Shown here in pieces: positions 8,718 to 17,212 of a DNA stretch of 43,333 nucleotides. The notes under the pieces are model-generated. The model was not told the DNA's origin, did no database searches, and saw nothing but the letters and a program-made list of their open reading frames with translations. Location: IMG/VR virus record IMGVR_UViG_3300011102_000170, positions 1 through 43,333 of that record. One strand, written 5' to 3'. This DNA is from a virus (taxonomy: Duplodnaviria > Caudoviricetes). Position numbers and translations under genes: made by a program. How positions within the stretch are numbered: position 1 is the first letter of the stretch; each line of letters opens with the position of its first letter.

Positions 8718-9097
8718 GCACCATCTACCTCGCCGCCCGGTTCAGCCGGCAAGCCGAAATGCGGACCGTCCGCGACCGCCTCGAGACAATGGGCCACACC
8801 GTCACCTCCCGCTGGATCACCGGCGTGCACGACGACACCACCGAGGGCGGGCTGGACGGCGCGACGCTGGCCCGGTTTGCCCAGGACGACCTCTCCGACA
8901 TCGACGGTGCTGAGCTGGTCGTCGTGTTTACCGACCAGCCGAGCACGAAAGGTGGAATGTGGGTCGAGTTCGGGTTTGCGATGGGGCGGGGCATCCCGGC
9001 TGTCATCGTGGGGCCAGCGGCGAACCTGTTCTGCCACCTGACCCGGTGCTACCCCGATGCCGAAGCGTTCCTGAGCGCGATGGAGGACCAGCCATGA
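8714..9097 (+). CDS. Nucleoside 2-deoxyribosyltransferase-like protein
   Basis: IYLAARF start; 'DLSDIDGAELVV'; 'GGMWVEFGFAMGRG' catalytic Glu motif. Confidence 0.8.
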   Translation: MSTIYLAARFSRQAEMRTVRDRLETMGHTVTSRWITGVHDDTTEGGLDGATLARFAQDDLSDIDGAELVVVFTDQPSTKGGMWVEFGFAMGRGIPAVIVGPAANLFCHLTRCYPDAEAFLSAMEDQP

Positions 9098-9330
9098 CCA
9101 CCATGGACCGCATCGCCGCGCACAAGCGGGCAGGGACGCTGTACAGCTGGGTCATGGCCCCGTACAGCGATCGGGAGGTTGTTGTGCTCGCAGTCGTGGA
9201 CGTGTCCGGCAAAGGTCGCTTCCAGCCCACCACCGCCAGCGGGATCACCTGGGAGGCAGCCATGCGCGACCTCGCCGACCAGTGCGACGCGCTGCCGGGG
9301 GCGGGACGAGTGAAGGTGAGGGCAGCATGA
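9094..9330 (+). CDS. Hypothetical protein
   Basis: GGAGG SD; ATGA overlaps. Confidence 0.65.
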   Translation: MTTMDRIAAHKRAGTLYSWVMAPYSDREVVVLAVVDVSGKGRFQPTTASGITWEAAMRDLADQCDALPGAGRVKVRAA

Positions 9331-9643
9331 GCAGTCTCATCCTGACCGAGACGCCGACAGAGCGGTCGCAGTGGTATGCCAAGACCCGTCTTGATGCCAA
9401 CGATCTTGCTGATCGACATGAACATTGTCGAGATATGCACATGCAGATGGCACGTGGGTATATCGCAATGACCTGGACCGTTTGCGCATTGAGGACCCGG
9501 AGGAATATGCCCAGTGGGATCGCGATGCCACGATTGGGGAGCACGTTGAGATGGCGCGCTGGCACAACCGCGTTGCGTGGCTGATTCGCTGGCATGACCG
9601 CACCCGGCCGCGGCAGCTGGACATGTTTGGAGCAGCAACATGA
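9327..9643 (+). pseudogene. Hypothetical gene apparently split by a frameshift near 9421; ends QLDMFGAAT
   Basis: The coupled ATG at 9327 and the coupled stop at 9643 lie in different frames. Confidence 0.45.
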
Positions 9644-9948
9644 ACAGCAACAGCAACGACCTCCCCATCCACGCACGGAACATGCAGATCCTTCTCGCCT
9701 CACGACGGATGCGTGTCTGGGATCTTGCGAGAGTCACCGGCCTAACACCTGCCACACTCCACAGCATCATGTCGGGCCGGACACGAGATCCGCGCGTGAG
9801 CACGATGCGCCTCATTGCCAAGGGGCTCGGAGTGCATGTCGGCGCATTGCTCGACCTCGATGGTGTCCGCGTGGTCACGTCCGTTCCTGAGATTACGCAA
9901 GACGAGCAGCACGTTATTGACGCACTGCTGCAGGAGCAGACGCTATGA
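9640..9948 (+). CDS. XRE-family HTH regulator
   Basis: 'DLARVTGLTPATLHSIMSGRTRDPRVSTMRLIAKGLGV'. Confidence 0.85.
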   Translation: MNSNSNDLPIHARNMQILLASRRMRVWDLARVTGLTPATLHSIMSGRTRDPRVSTMRLIAKGLGVHVGALLDLDGVRVVTSVPEITQDEQHVIDALLQEQTL

Positions 9949-10196
9949 GCAACAAGCAGGTCACGGTCACGGCGTTCCCGGACAATGCCGAGCCAGTTGA
10001 ACTGCCCGGGGAGTCCACCGGCATCTACGACGGCCCGGTGACGGTGTTCCCAGCGAGGTTCAACGACAAGGAACATCTCGCCCTCGCATGGGACCGCAAC
10101 GACGGCAAGAAGCAGGTCGTGTTGCTTGATCGTGAGGATGCGGTTCGTGTCTACCCGGTGCTGTACTGGTGGTTGAGCAAGGAGCAGGGCAAATGA
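9945..10196 (+). CDS. Hypothetical protein
   Basis: AGGAG SD; ATGA overlaps. Confidence 0.7.
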   Translation: MSNKQVTVTAFPDNAEPVELPGESTGIYDGPVTVFPARFNDKEHLALAWDRNDGKKQVVLLDREDAVRVYPVLYWWLSKEQGK

Positions 10197-10561
10197 GCAA
10201 TGATGTCACCTGCCCGAGTTGTGGTCATCACTTCCGCGTCGGTTTCGATCCAAAGTGGGCAATGCAGATGCGTGCCCGCAGACAGGAACTCGGTCTCACG
10301 CTTCAAGATGTCGCGGACCGCGTCGGGTACACCAAGGTGCACATCTCCGACGTTGAGCGATGCCTGCGCGCCAAGCCGGCGAACGGCGTGAAGCTGGCGC
10401 GGTGGTATCAGGTTCTCGGGCTCTCGTCGGGTGATGTCACCGAACGGCCAGAGCATACGCCAGAGGCCGTGGGATCGCCTGAGACGCGCGAGAAGGGGCC
10501 TAGAATCGATTCTGAGGCCCCTGAACGTACAAACAGGCATCAGGAGACCTTGGAGCCATGA
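10193..10561 (+). CDS. XRE HTH protein with N-terminal CxxC
   Basis: CPSCGH; 'RRQELGLTLQDVADRVGYTKVHISDVER'. Confidence 0.8.
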   Translation: MSNDVTCPSCGHHFRVGFDPKWAMQMRARRQELGLTLQDVADRVGYTKVHISDVERCLRAKPANGVKLARWYQVLGLSSGDVTERPEHTPEAVGSPETREKGPRIDSEAPERTNRHQETLEP

Positions 10562-10938
10562 TGGACGAAATGAGCGCCGATGAGTTCCGGGCGCGCTACG
10601 GGAACCAGCGGGGCAACAAGTACCGCGCCGAGCCCACCGTCGTGGATGGCGTCAAGCTCGCATCGAAGGCCGAGGCGCGTCGGTTCCGGCAGCTGCAGAT
10701 GATGGAGCGCGTGGGCGCTATCCAGGATCTCGAGGTTCACCCGAGGTTCGACCTCATCGTGGCCGGCGTCAAGGTGGGGGTCTATACCGCGGACTTTCGC
10801 TACACCGACTGCGAGAGCAAGAAACTCGTGGTCGAGGACGTGAAGGGCGGGCGGGCCACCATCACCGAGGCGTATCGGCTTCGCAAGCGCATCGTCAAGG
10901 CCCTGTACGATGTGGAGGTTACGGAGGTGGAGGCATGA
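10558..10938 (+). CDS. DUF1064-family PD-(D/E)xK nuclease
   Basis: 'NKYRAEPTVVDG..ASKAEARR', 'YTADFRY', 'VVEDVKG', 'YRLRKR'. Confidence 0.85.
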   Translation: MMDEMSADEFRARYGNQRGNKYRAEPTVVDGVKLASKAEARRFRQLQMMERVGAIQDLEVHPRFDLIVAGVKVGVYTADFRYTDCESKKLVVEDVKGGRATITEAYRLRKRIVKALYDVEVTEVEA

Positions 10939-11135
10939 CCCCGAAACAGGCCCAACGCAAGATCGCCAAAGCATTCAAATCCGCCGAAGTCGCGTATGTC
11001 GAGATCGAGGACGTCGCCCGCGAGTACCCGCTGCCCGCCGAGCTCGTGCAGGAGGTGGTTGACTGTCAGGTTGCGTGGCATCGATCGGTTAGGCGACTCA
11101 GGCAGATTGTGGAGCAGGAGGGGAAGCAGCCATGA
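10935..11135 (+). CDS. Hypothetical protein
   Basis: GGAGG SD; ATGA overlaps. Confidence 0.65.
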   Translation: MTPKQAQRKIAKAFKSAEVAYVEIEDVAREYPLPAELVQEVVDCQVAWHRSVRRLRQIVEQEGKQP

Positions 11136-11752
11136 GCGCATACCGACACGAGCGCATGCTATGGACCGATGGATTCGGCGAGACGCACGACGTTGTGCGG
11201 TTCTATGTCCCCGGAGATGAAGCGGACTGGGCCACATACGTAATCAGAGCCGATGGCTGGCTTGAACGCCTCATGGCAATGGGCCCGGTGTTCATGCGCA
11301 CTGCGCGAGGATACGCAACGATCGAGCAGGCAGCGGCGGCGGTGGAAGCTGCGCATCGGGAGTGGCTGGAAAGAGATACCGAATCGTGGCGACAAGCGAG
11401 CGGCGTGCTGGCAGGCATCGACACCACCCGCCCGGCGGGCGCGGGGGGAAGGAGCGGAGTCGTGAGTGACGACTTTGACCTGATGCGAGAGATTCGGCGA
11501 GGCGGATCGGCACACATGGACAGCAGCGGCAACGCGACATTCGAGCCAGGGTCACTACATCCCTATGACCAGATGCGAGACGAACTCAAGCAACTGAGAG
11601 AGAACCAACAGCGGCTCGCTAGGCACATCCGCCATCTGCGAGGCCACCTGCAGTCTGTCGCTGGGAACGAGTACACCGAGGCCACACTCAACGCCATGGC
11701 TCGGATGGATGGCGTCGCGGAGATGCTCGAAGGCGACCACCCGCCCCATTGA
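11132..11752 (+). CDS. Hypothetical protein (possibly two fused genes; internal start at 11462)
   Basis: ORF with internal AAGGAG SD + in-frame GTG. Confidence 0.6.
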   Translation: MSAYRHERMLWTDGFGETHDVVRFYVPGDEADWATYVIRADGWLERLMAMGPVFMRTARGYATIEQAAAAVEAAHREWLERDTESWRQASGVLAGIDTTRPAGAGGRSGVVSDDFDLMREIRRGGSAHMDSSGNATFEPGSLHPYDQMRDELKQLRENQQRLARHIRHLRGHLQSVAGNEYTEATLNAMARMDGVAEMLEGDHPPH

Positions 11753-11778
11753 CACCCGACCGCCCACCATGCGATACT
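11749..11778 (+). promoter_or_regulatory. Putative late promoter upstream of terminase
   Basis: TTGACA - 18 nt - (TGC)GATACT. Confidence 0.5.
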
Positions 11779-11819
11779 CGTCCCACGCACGGCCGTCACG
11801 CATTGCGGGCGGTCGAGGC

Positions 11820-12341
11820 ATGCCGAATTCTTCCACCTCACAACCAAAGACACAGCGTCGGACTGGAAACAAGGCGGATGGAAAGGCCATCAATGCTGTT
11901 GAACGGCAACGGCGTGCGCTGGAGCTTCGCAAGGCCGGACACACCTTCCAGGAGATTGCTGACCAGCTCGGATGGAAAGGGCCGCAGGGCGCGCACAACG
12001 CCGTGATGTCGGCCCTGAAAAAGACGCTCCAGGAACCTGCCGACGAACTCCGCACCCTCGAACTCGAACGCCTCGACACGATGCTCAATGCGCTTTGGCC
12101 CGCCATCCTCCGCGGTGACCGAGGCTCGCCCCGTGCAGCTGAGGTCGCGCTCAAGATCATGGACCGTCGCGCCGCGCTCCTCGGACTCGATGCCCCCAAG
12201 CAGGTCGAGGATCACCGTACCGTTACCGTCACCCTCATGGCTGAGCAGCTGGCTCAAGAGACCGGACTCGACAAGAACGAGATTCTGGCCGAGGCTCAGC
12301 GCATCGTCGCTGCGGCTGCCGCCACCGGAGCGAGTGACTGA
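11820..12341 (+). CDS. terS: Terminase small subunit
   Basis: N-terminal HTH ('ALELRKAGHTFQEIADQLG'), 'RRAALLGLDAP'; precedes TerL. Confidence 0.8.
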   Translation: MPNSSTSQPKTQRRTGNKADGKAINAVERQRRALELRKAGHTFQEIADQLGWKGPQGAHNAVMSALKKTLQEPADELRTLELERLDTMLNALWPAILRGDRGSPRAAEVALKIMDRRAALLGLDAPKQVEDHRTVTVTLMAEQLAQETGLDKNEILAEAQRIVAAAAATGASD

Positions 12342-13633
12342 TGGTTGCCACGCCCGTGCTCCCTGTGGATGAGGAGGCACTGCGCCTCGCCGTCGTGTCG
12401 TTGCAGCACAAGCGCAACAACGACCCGTGGATTGGCCCCAACGGCGCCGCTCGTCCCAAGCAGATCCCGCCGTCGGGAGACTGGCGGACGTGGCTCATTA
12501 TGGCGGGGCGTGGGTTCGGCAAGACGAGGACAGGCGCGGAGTTCATCCGGCTCCGTGTCCAGTCTGGTGTGGCGAAACATGTCATCATCGCCGGTCCTAC
12601 CGCCGCCGACATCCGGGACATCATGATCGAGGGTGAGTCGGGGCTGGAAGCGGTCTGCGAGCGCGCCGGATTCGGCATGACCTACGAGCCGTCCAAGCGA
12701 CGCGTGACGTTCGCTAATGGCGTCCGGGCCATCCTCGTCAGTGCCGACGAGCCCAAGCGATTCCGCGGTCTCCAGAGCGATACCGTATGGGCCGATGAGA
12801 TCGCGTCCTGGCGATACCCCGAGGCGTGGGACCAGATGGTATTCGGGAACCGCCTCGGCAACGATCCCCGCCGTGTCGCCACCACCACACCTCGACCGAT
12901 TCAACTCCTCAAGAAACTTATCGCCAACCCGAGGACCGTCGTGACCCGAGGGTCAACCTTCGAGAACGTCGACAACCTGGCTGAGGATTTCATCACTGAG
13001 GTTCGAGACGCCTACGAGGGCACGACGCTGGGGCGACAGGAGTTGCTAGGCGAGCTCATTGAGGACGTGGAGGGCGCGCTGTGGAAGCGGTCGATCATCG
13101 ACACATCCCGCGTTACCACCGAGGACGTGCCAGCCATCAAGCGTATGGCGGTTGCGGTGGACCCGGCCACAACCTATGGCGAGAACTCCGACCAGACCGG
13201 CATTGCGGTCGCGGGGCTCGGGACTGACGGCGAGTACTACGTGTTCCACGGATCGGGACACCGCATCAGCCCGAACGCCTGGGGCACGATGGCGGTCAGC
13301 TTGTATGACGAGATGGATGCTGACGTGATTGCCGCAGAGTCCAACCAGGGCGGCGAAATGGTGAAGCAGACGATTCTTAACGCGTGTGGGCCGCGCCCGA
13401 TCCCGCCCAAGATCACCCTGATACATGCAAGCCGGGGCAAGATGGTGCGCGCTGAGCCGGTAGCCGCACTCTACGAGCAAGGCAAAGTCCATCACGTCGG
13501 TATGTTCCGCGAGTTGGAGGACCAGATGTGCGGATTCCCGGTGAGCGATGAGAACGACGACATGGTGGACGCACTGGTACATGCGTTGGTGGCATGTGGC
13601 CTCAAGCGATACACCCGGATTGGAGGCGTCTAG
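12341..13633 (+). CDS. terL: Terminase large subunit
   Basis: Walker A 'AGRGFGKT', Walker B 'VWADE', nuclease 'AVDPA' and 'DDMVDA'. Confidence 0.95.
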   Translation: MVATPVLPVDEEALRLAVVSLQHKRNNDPWIGPNGAARPKQIPPSGDWRTWLIMAGRGFGKTRTGAEFIRLRVQSGVAKHVIIAGPTAADIRDIMIEGESGLEAVCERAGFGMTYEPSKRRVTFANGVRAILVSADEPKRFRGLQSDTVWADEIASWRYPEAWDQMVFGNRLGNDPRRVATTTPRPIQLLKKLIANPRTVVTRGSTFENVDNLAEDFITEVRDAYEGTTLGRQELLGELIEDVEGALWKRSIIDTSRVTTEDVPAIKRMAVAVDPATTYGENSDQTGIAVAGLGTDGEYYVFHGSGHRISPNAWGTMAVSLYDEMDADVIAAESNQGGEMVKQTILNACGPRPIPPKITLIHASRGKMVRAEPVAALYEQGKVHHVGMFRELEDQMCGFPVSDENDDMVDALVHALVACGLKRYTRIGGV

Positions 13634-15109
13634 ATGGATCAGCCCGAAGCCCTCGCGTGGGCCGTCGCGGAGTTCGCCCGCAAGCCCAACGACACGTACC
13701 ACCTGTACCATCGCTACCTCAGCGGTGACCAGCCCCTCGCGTTCGCCACCGAGAAGTTCAAAGAGGCGTTCGGCACGGTGTTCAAGGAGTTCGCCTACAA
13801 CCTCTGTGAGACGGTCGTGGACGCCCATACCGATCGCATGGAGATCACCGGCTTTGGCTCCGACGATGATGACGCCATGCGTGAGGCACGGCGCAAGGCC
13901 ATCGAAGCAGGCCAGGAGATCGAGGCGTCCGAGCAATCCCTCGCCCAGCGAGCCCAGGACATCTGGGACGCCAACAACATGGACGAGCGCGCCGGCCAGG
14001 TGCATGCCGACATGTTCGCCTACGGTGACGCCTACGTGATCGTGGACGTGATCGATAACCAGCCGGTGATCTGGCCGGGCAAGCCCACCGAGATGCGGAT
14101 TGCCTACTCCGACCAGCGACCGGGCCAGCGCATTGCCGCGGCACGTCTCTGGGGCGAGGGTACGCTGTGGCGGCTGAACGTGTGGACGGAGACCGAGCTC
14201 GCGAAGTACCAGGCACGTCGCACCAAGGACGCGAAGGACTACCCGCAGAAGGCAAGCGAGTGGGAGCCGTACAGCGAGCAACCCGAGCCGATCCCTAACC
14301 CCATCCCCGGCATCGTGCCGGTGTTCCACTTCGGCAACAACGCCCGCGTCAACGACTACGGCGTCTCCGAGCTCCGCAGCGTGATCCCCCTGCAGGATGG
14401 CGTCAACAAGACGGTCACCGACATGATGGTGGCGATGGAGTTCTACGCGTTCCGGCAGCGGGTGTTGCTGGGCGTGTCGCTCGACCCGAACGACGAGCAG
14501 GCCAAGCAGATGCTGGAGAATTTCCAGACTGGCCTCACTCGCATGATCTACCTCGACGGGGCGGACGGCAAGCTGCCCTCCATCGAGGAGTTCAGCGAGA
14601 CCAACATCAAGCAGTACATCGACGTGATCGAGCGGTACGAGAAGAAGGTCGCGATCATCACAAAGGTGCCGCGCAACTACTTCGGCCAGCGCAATGCCGA
14701 CGCCATCTCTGGCGAGTCCAAGCGCATGGACGACACGCCGTTCACCAAGAAGATCGAGAAGCGCGAGAAGGCGGCCGGCTCGGTGTGGTCTGAGGTGCAG
14801 ACCTACGCGCTGCAGGTGACCGGGGCACCAGCGCAGCCGGGCGATCTCCGCGTCAACTGGGCACCGGCGGACCCGATGAGCGACATCGAGGAGTGGACGC
14901 TCGCCGGGATGAAGAAGGGCAACGGCATGCCGTTCGAGCAGATGCTCAAGGAAATGGGCTACGAGCCGGAGCAGATTGCGGCCATCCAGCAACTCAAGCA
15001 ACGGGAGGCGGAGGAAGCCATCGAGCGCAACCGCCGGCAGTTCGACATGGGCAACGGGCCGGACGGTCGACCGTCTGACGCCTTCGCGGTGAACGGGAGC
15101 CAGAACTAG
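13634..15109 (+). CDS. Portal protein (SPP1 gp6-like)
   Basis: Follows TerL; 'YGDAYVIV', 'VPVFHFGN', 'YGVSEL..VIPLQD', 'SGES'. Confidence 0.9.
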   Translation: MDQPEALAWAVAEFARKPNDTYHLYHRYLSGDQPLAFATEKFKEAFGTVFKEFAYNLCETVVDAHTDRMEITGFGSDDDDAMREARRKAIEAGQEIEASEQSLAQRAQDIWDANNMDERAGQVHADMFAYGDAYVIVDVIDNQPVIWPGKPTEMRIAYSDQRPGQRIAAARLWGEGTLWRLNVWTETELAKYQARRTKDAKDYPQKASEWEPYSEQPEPIPNPIPGIVPVFHFGNNARVNDYGVSELRSVIPLQDGVNKTVTDMMVAMEFYAFRQRVLLGVSLDPNDEQAKQMLENFQTGLTRMIYLDGADGKLPSIEEFSETNIKQYIDVIERYEKKVAIITKVPRNYFGQRNADAISGESKRMDDTPFTKKIEKREKAAGSVWSEVQTYALQVTGAPAQPGDLRVNWAPADPMSDIEEWTLAGMKKGNGMPFEQMLKEMGYEPEQIAAIQQLKQREAEEAIERNRRQFDMGNGPDGRPSDAFAVNGSQN

Positions 15110-15112
15110 CCC

Positions 15113-16114
15113 ATGGCTGACCGCTCCGCCATCACCGCCGCCATCTCCGAAGGCAAGCAGCGCATCGGTGACCTCGACTCCGAGACCCGTCGCCGCCTGG
15201 CCCAGCGCTACGCCCAGACGTGGCTCAACGTCGAGGCGGAGTTGCGCTTCACGGACTACCAGCTACGCGCCCTGCGCGTTACCGAGTGGTTCACCGAGGA
15301 TGGCCGGCTCACGGAGTACGGCGAGGTTGCATTCCGTCAACAGCGCCTCGAACGACTCTTGCCGATGATTGAGGACGAGTACCGGCGCACGGCCAACGTG
15401 GCGCTCTCGGACCTCAACGACATGCAGCGGCAGGCCGTCAGCATCGGCACGCAGACCGCTGGCACGATGAGCATGGAGGCCGGGGTCGGGGCAGCGCTCA
15501 ACGTGGAAGCCTACGAGCGCATCGTCGCCGCCACGGATCCCGGCTCGCCCCTGCGGCTCGTGCTGGACCGCTACGGCATCGAGGCACGGGAGGCCATCGC
15601 CCGGCATCTCATCGAGGGCATGATTGCCGGCAACGGCATCGAGGACATCATCGAGGCGATCCGGGGCGAGATCGGGGACGGCGTGCCACGGTGGAAGCTG
15701 GCGGCCATCAGCCGTACCGAGGCCATGCGGGCGTTCAGGGGCAGCCTCGGTGCGTCCTACGAGGCGATGGGCGTGCAAGAGGTCCAATGGACCGCGTCGC
15801 TCTCGCAGCGGACGTGTAAGGCGTGTCTCGCGATGCACGGGCGGCGGTTCCCGGTGACGTACGAGATGGAGTCGCACCCGCAGTGCCGGTGCGTGCTGAC
15901 GCCGGTGGTCGAGGGGATCGGCGGGCCAACAGGTGACGAGTGGTTCCGGATGCAACCGGAGGCGTGGCAGCGTGAGCAGCTGGGCAAGGCGTATCCGTTG
16001 TACCAGTCGGGCGTCATCGACCTGGCAGCGTTCGTGGGGCGGCGACGCTCGAGAATCTGGGGGATGAGTGTCACCGAGCGGTCGATAACGGACGTGATGG
16101 AGAAGGTGGCATGA
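15113..16114 (+). CDS. Minor head/morphogenesis protein (MuF / SPP1 gp7)
   Basis: 'ISRTE', 'RTCKACLAMHG', 'HPQCRC'. Confidence 0.9.
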   Translation: MADRSAITAAISEGKQRIGDLDSETRRRLAQRYAQTWLNVEAELRFTDYQLRALRVTEWFTEDGRLTEYGEVAFRQQRLERLLPMIEDEYRRTANVALSDLNDMQRQAVSIGTQTAGTMSMEAGVGAALNVEAYERIVAATDPGSPLRLVLDRYGIEAREAIARHLIEGMIAGNGIEDIIEAIRGEIGDGVPRWKLAAISRTEAMRAFRGSLGASYEAMGVQEVQWTASLSQRTCKACLAMHGRRFPVTYEMESHPQCRCVLTPVVEGIGGPTGDEWFRMQPEAWQREQLGKAYPLYQSGVIDLAAFVGRRRSRIWGMSVTERSITDVMEKVA

Positions 16115-16371
16115 CCGAGTTTGAAGGGCTCCGCTTCCGTGCCATCCGTAACCCTGAGTCCGGCACCCTGCGCTACGAGGCCACGCCGGAATACGAGGCA
16201 TGGCTGAAACAGCAGATTGCCCGTGCCGAGGCTGACGAGATGACGGTGGATCGATGGATCGTCGGCGGCATGGTGGGGAGGCTGGTCCGGCGTAACGGTG
16301 GCCCCGTGGAGATCGAGCCGTGTGACCCCGCACACGACGGCGAGCTGGTGATTCACGAGGAGGGAGACTAG
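16111..16371 (+). CDS. Hypothetical protein
   Basis: ATGA overlap. Confidence 0.65.
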   Translation: MTEFEGLRFRAIRNPESGTLRYEATPEYEAWLKQQIARAEADEMTVDRWIVGGMVGRLVRRNGGPVEIEPCDPAHDGELVIHEEGD

Positions 16372-16512
16372 ATGCACGAGTGCCGGTGCCCACACTGCAA
16401 CAAGCTCTTCGTGAAGCTGCGCCTCGTCGCGGCAAAACACGTTGAGGTCGAGGTGTGGTGCGATCGGTGCCGGCGCATGGTGATGATTCCTGTTACTCGC
16501 CGTGCGGCGTGA
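16372..16512 (+). CDS. Com-like zinc-ribbon protein (46 aa; absent from the ORF track)
   Basis: MHECRCPHCNKLFVKLRLVAAKHVEVEVWCDRCRRMVMIPVTRRAA; GGAG SD. Confidence 0.75.
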   Translation: MHECRCPHCNKLFVKLRLVAAKHVEVEVWCDRCRRMVMIPVTRRAA

Positions 16513-16531
16513 CAAATCCCGTGCAATAGCG

Positions 16532-16648
16532 TGATATAATCAGGACAACGCAAGATTGGCGTGAACACGCCCGGACCGTACTGCCGTGAGGGACACCGAT
16601 CCCCGTGCAGCATGGTCCGGGCGTTTCTGTTTGTCCCAGGAGGACACC
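16532..16648 (+). promoter_or_regulatory. Extended -10 promoter + structured leader of the scaffold/capsid operon
   Basis: TGA-TATAAT; ACGCCCGGACC...GGTCCGGGCGT stem followed by TTCTGTTTGT. Confidence 0.7.
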
Positions 16649-17194
16649 GTGACGGACCAGCAGCAGGCGCAGGACGCCAGCACCGACGTTGAGGCGCAGG
16701 ACGCCACGACCCAGGACGAAGCGCAAGAGTCGCAGCCCACGGGGTTCGATGCGCTGCCCAAGGAGACCCAGGACGAAATCCGGGCGCTCCGCCGCGAGAA
16801 CGCCAAGTACCGCAAGGCGGTCAAGGAGTTCGAGGACTCGCAGAAGTCCGACCTCGAGCGTCTGACCGGCGAGCGGGACGAGTTCAAGACCGAGTATGAG
16901 CGGGCGATGTCCGAGCTCCGGGATCTCAAGACGCAGGGCGTCTTTACCGAGGCGGCCGCCAAGGCAAACGCTCGGGCACCAAAGACGCTGTACCGGGCCT
17001 ATCGCGACCAACTCAAGTACGACGACGACGGCAACGTCACCAATCTGGAAGAGGTGATCGCGGCCGCCAAGCAGGATGAGCCGGACCTGTTCAAGCCAAG
17101 CACCGGCCATTCCGATGCCGGACGTCCTGGAGACAGCACCGGCGACAAGCCGACGATCAACAGCTTCTTCCGCCAACTGGCGGGGAAAGAGTAG
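16649..17194 (+). CDS. Capsid scaffolding protein
   Basis: AGGAGG SD + GTG; 'LRRENAKYR' coiled coil; precedes the major capsid gene. Confidence 0.85.
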   Translation: MTDQQQAQDASTDVEAQDATTQDEAQESQPTGFDALPKETQDEIRALRRENAKYRKAVKEFEDSQKSDLERLTGERDEFKTEYERAMSELRDLKTQGVFTEAAAKANARAPKTLYRAYRDQLKYDDDGNVTNLEEVIAAAKQDEPDLFKPSTGHSDAGRPGDSTGDKPTINSFFRQLAGKE

Positions 17195-17212
17195 ACAGAA
17201 AGCAGGGAACCC

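Noticed and set aside
13046-15001. 651-aa minus-strand ORF (and similar long antisense ORFs at 20013, 25330 and 29328)
   Set aside because: Antisense shadows of high-GC genes such as the portal; no motifs or RBS
15113-16371. MuF toxin-immunity pair
   Set aside because: MuF has no recognisable C-terminal toxin domain
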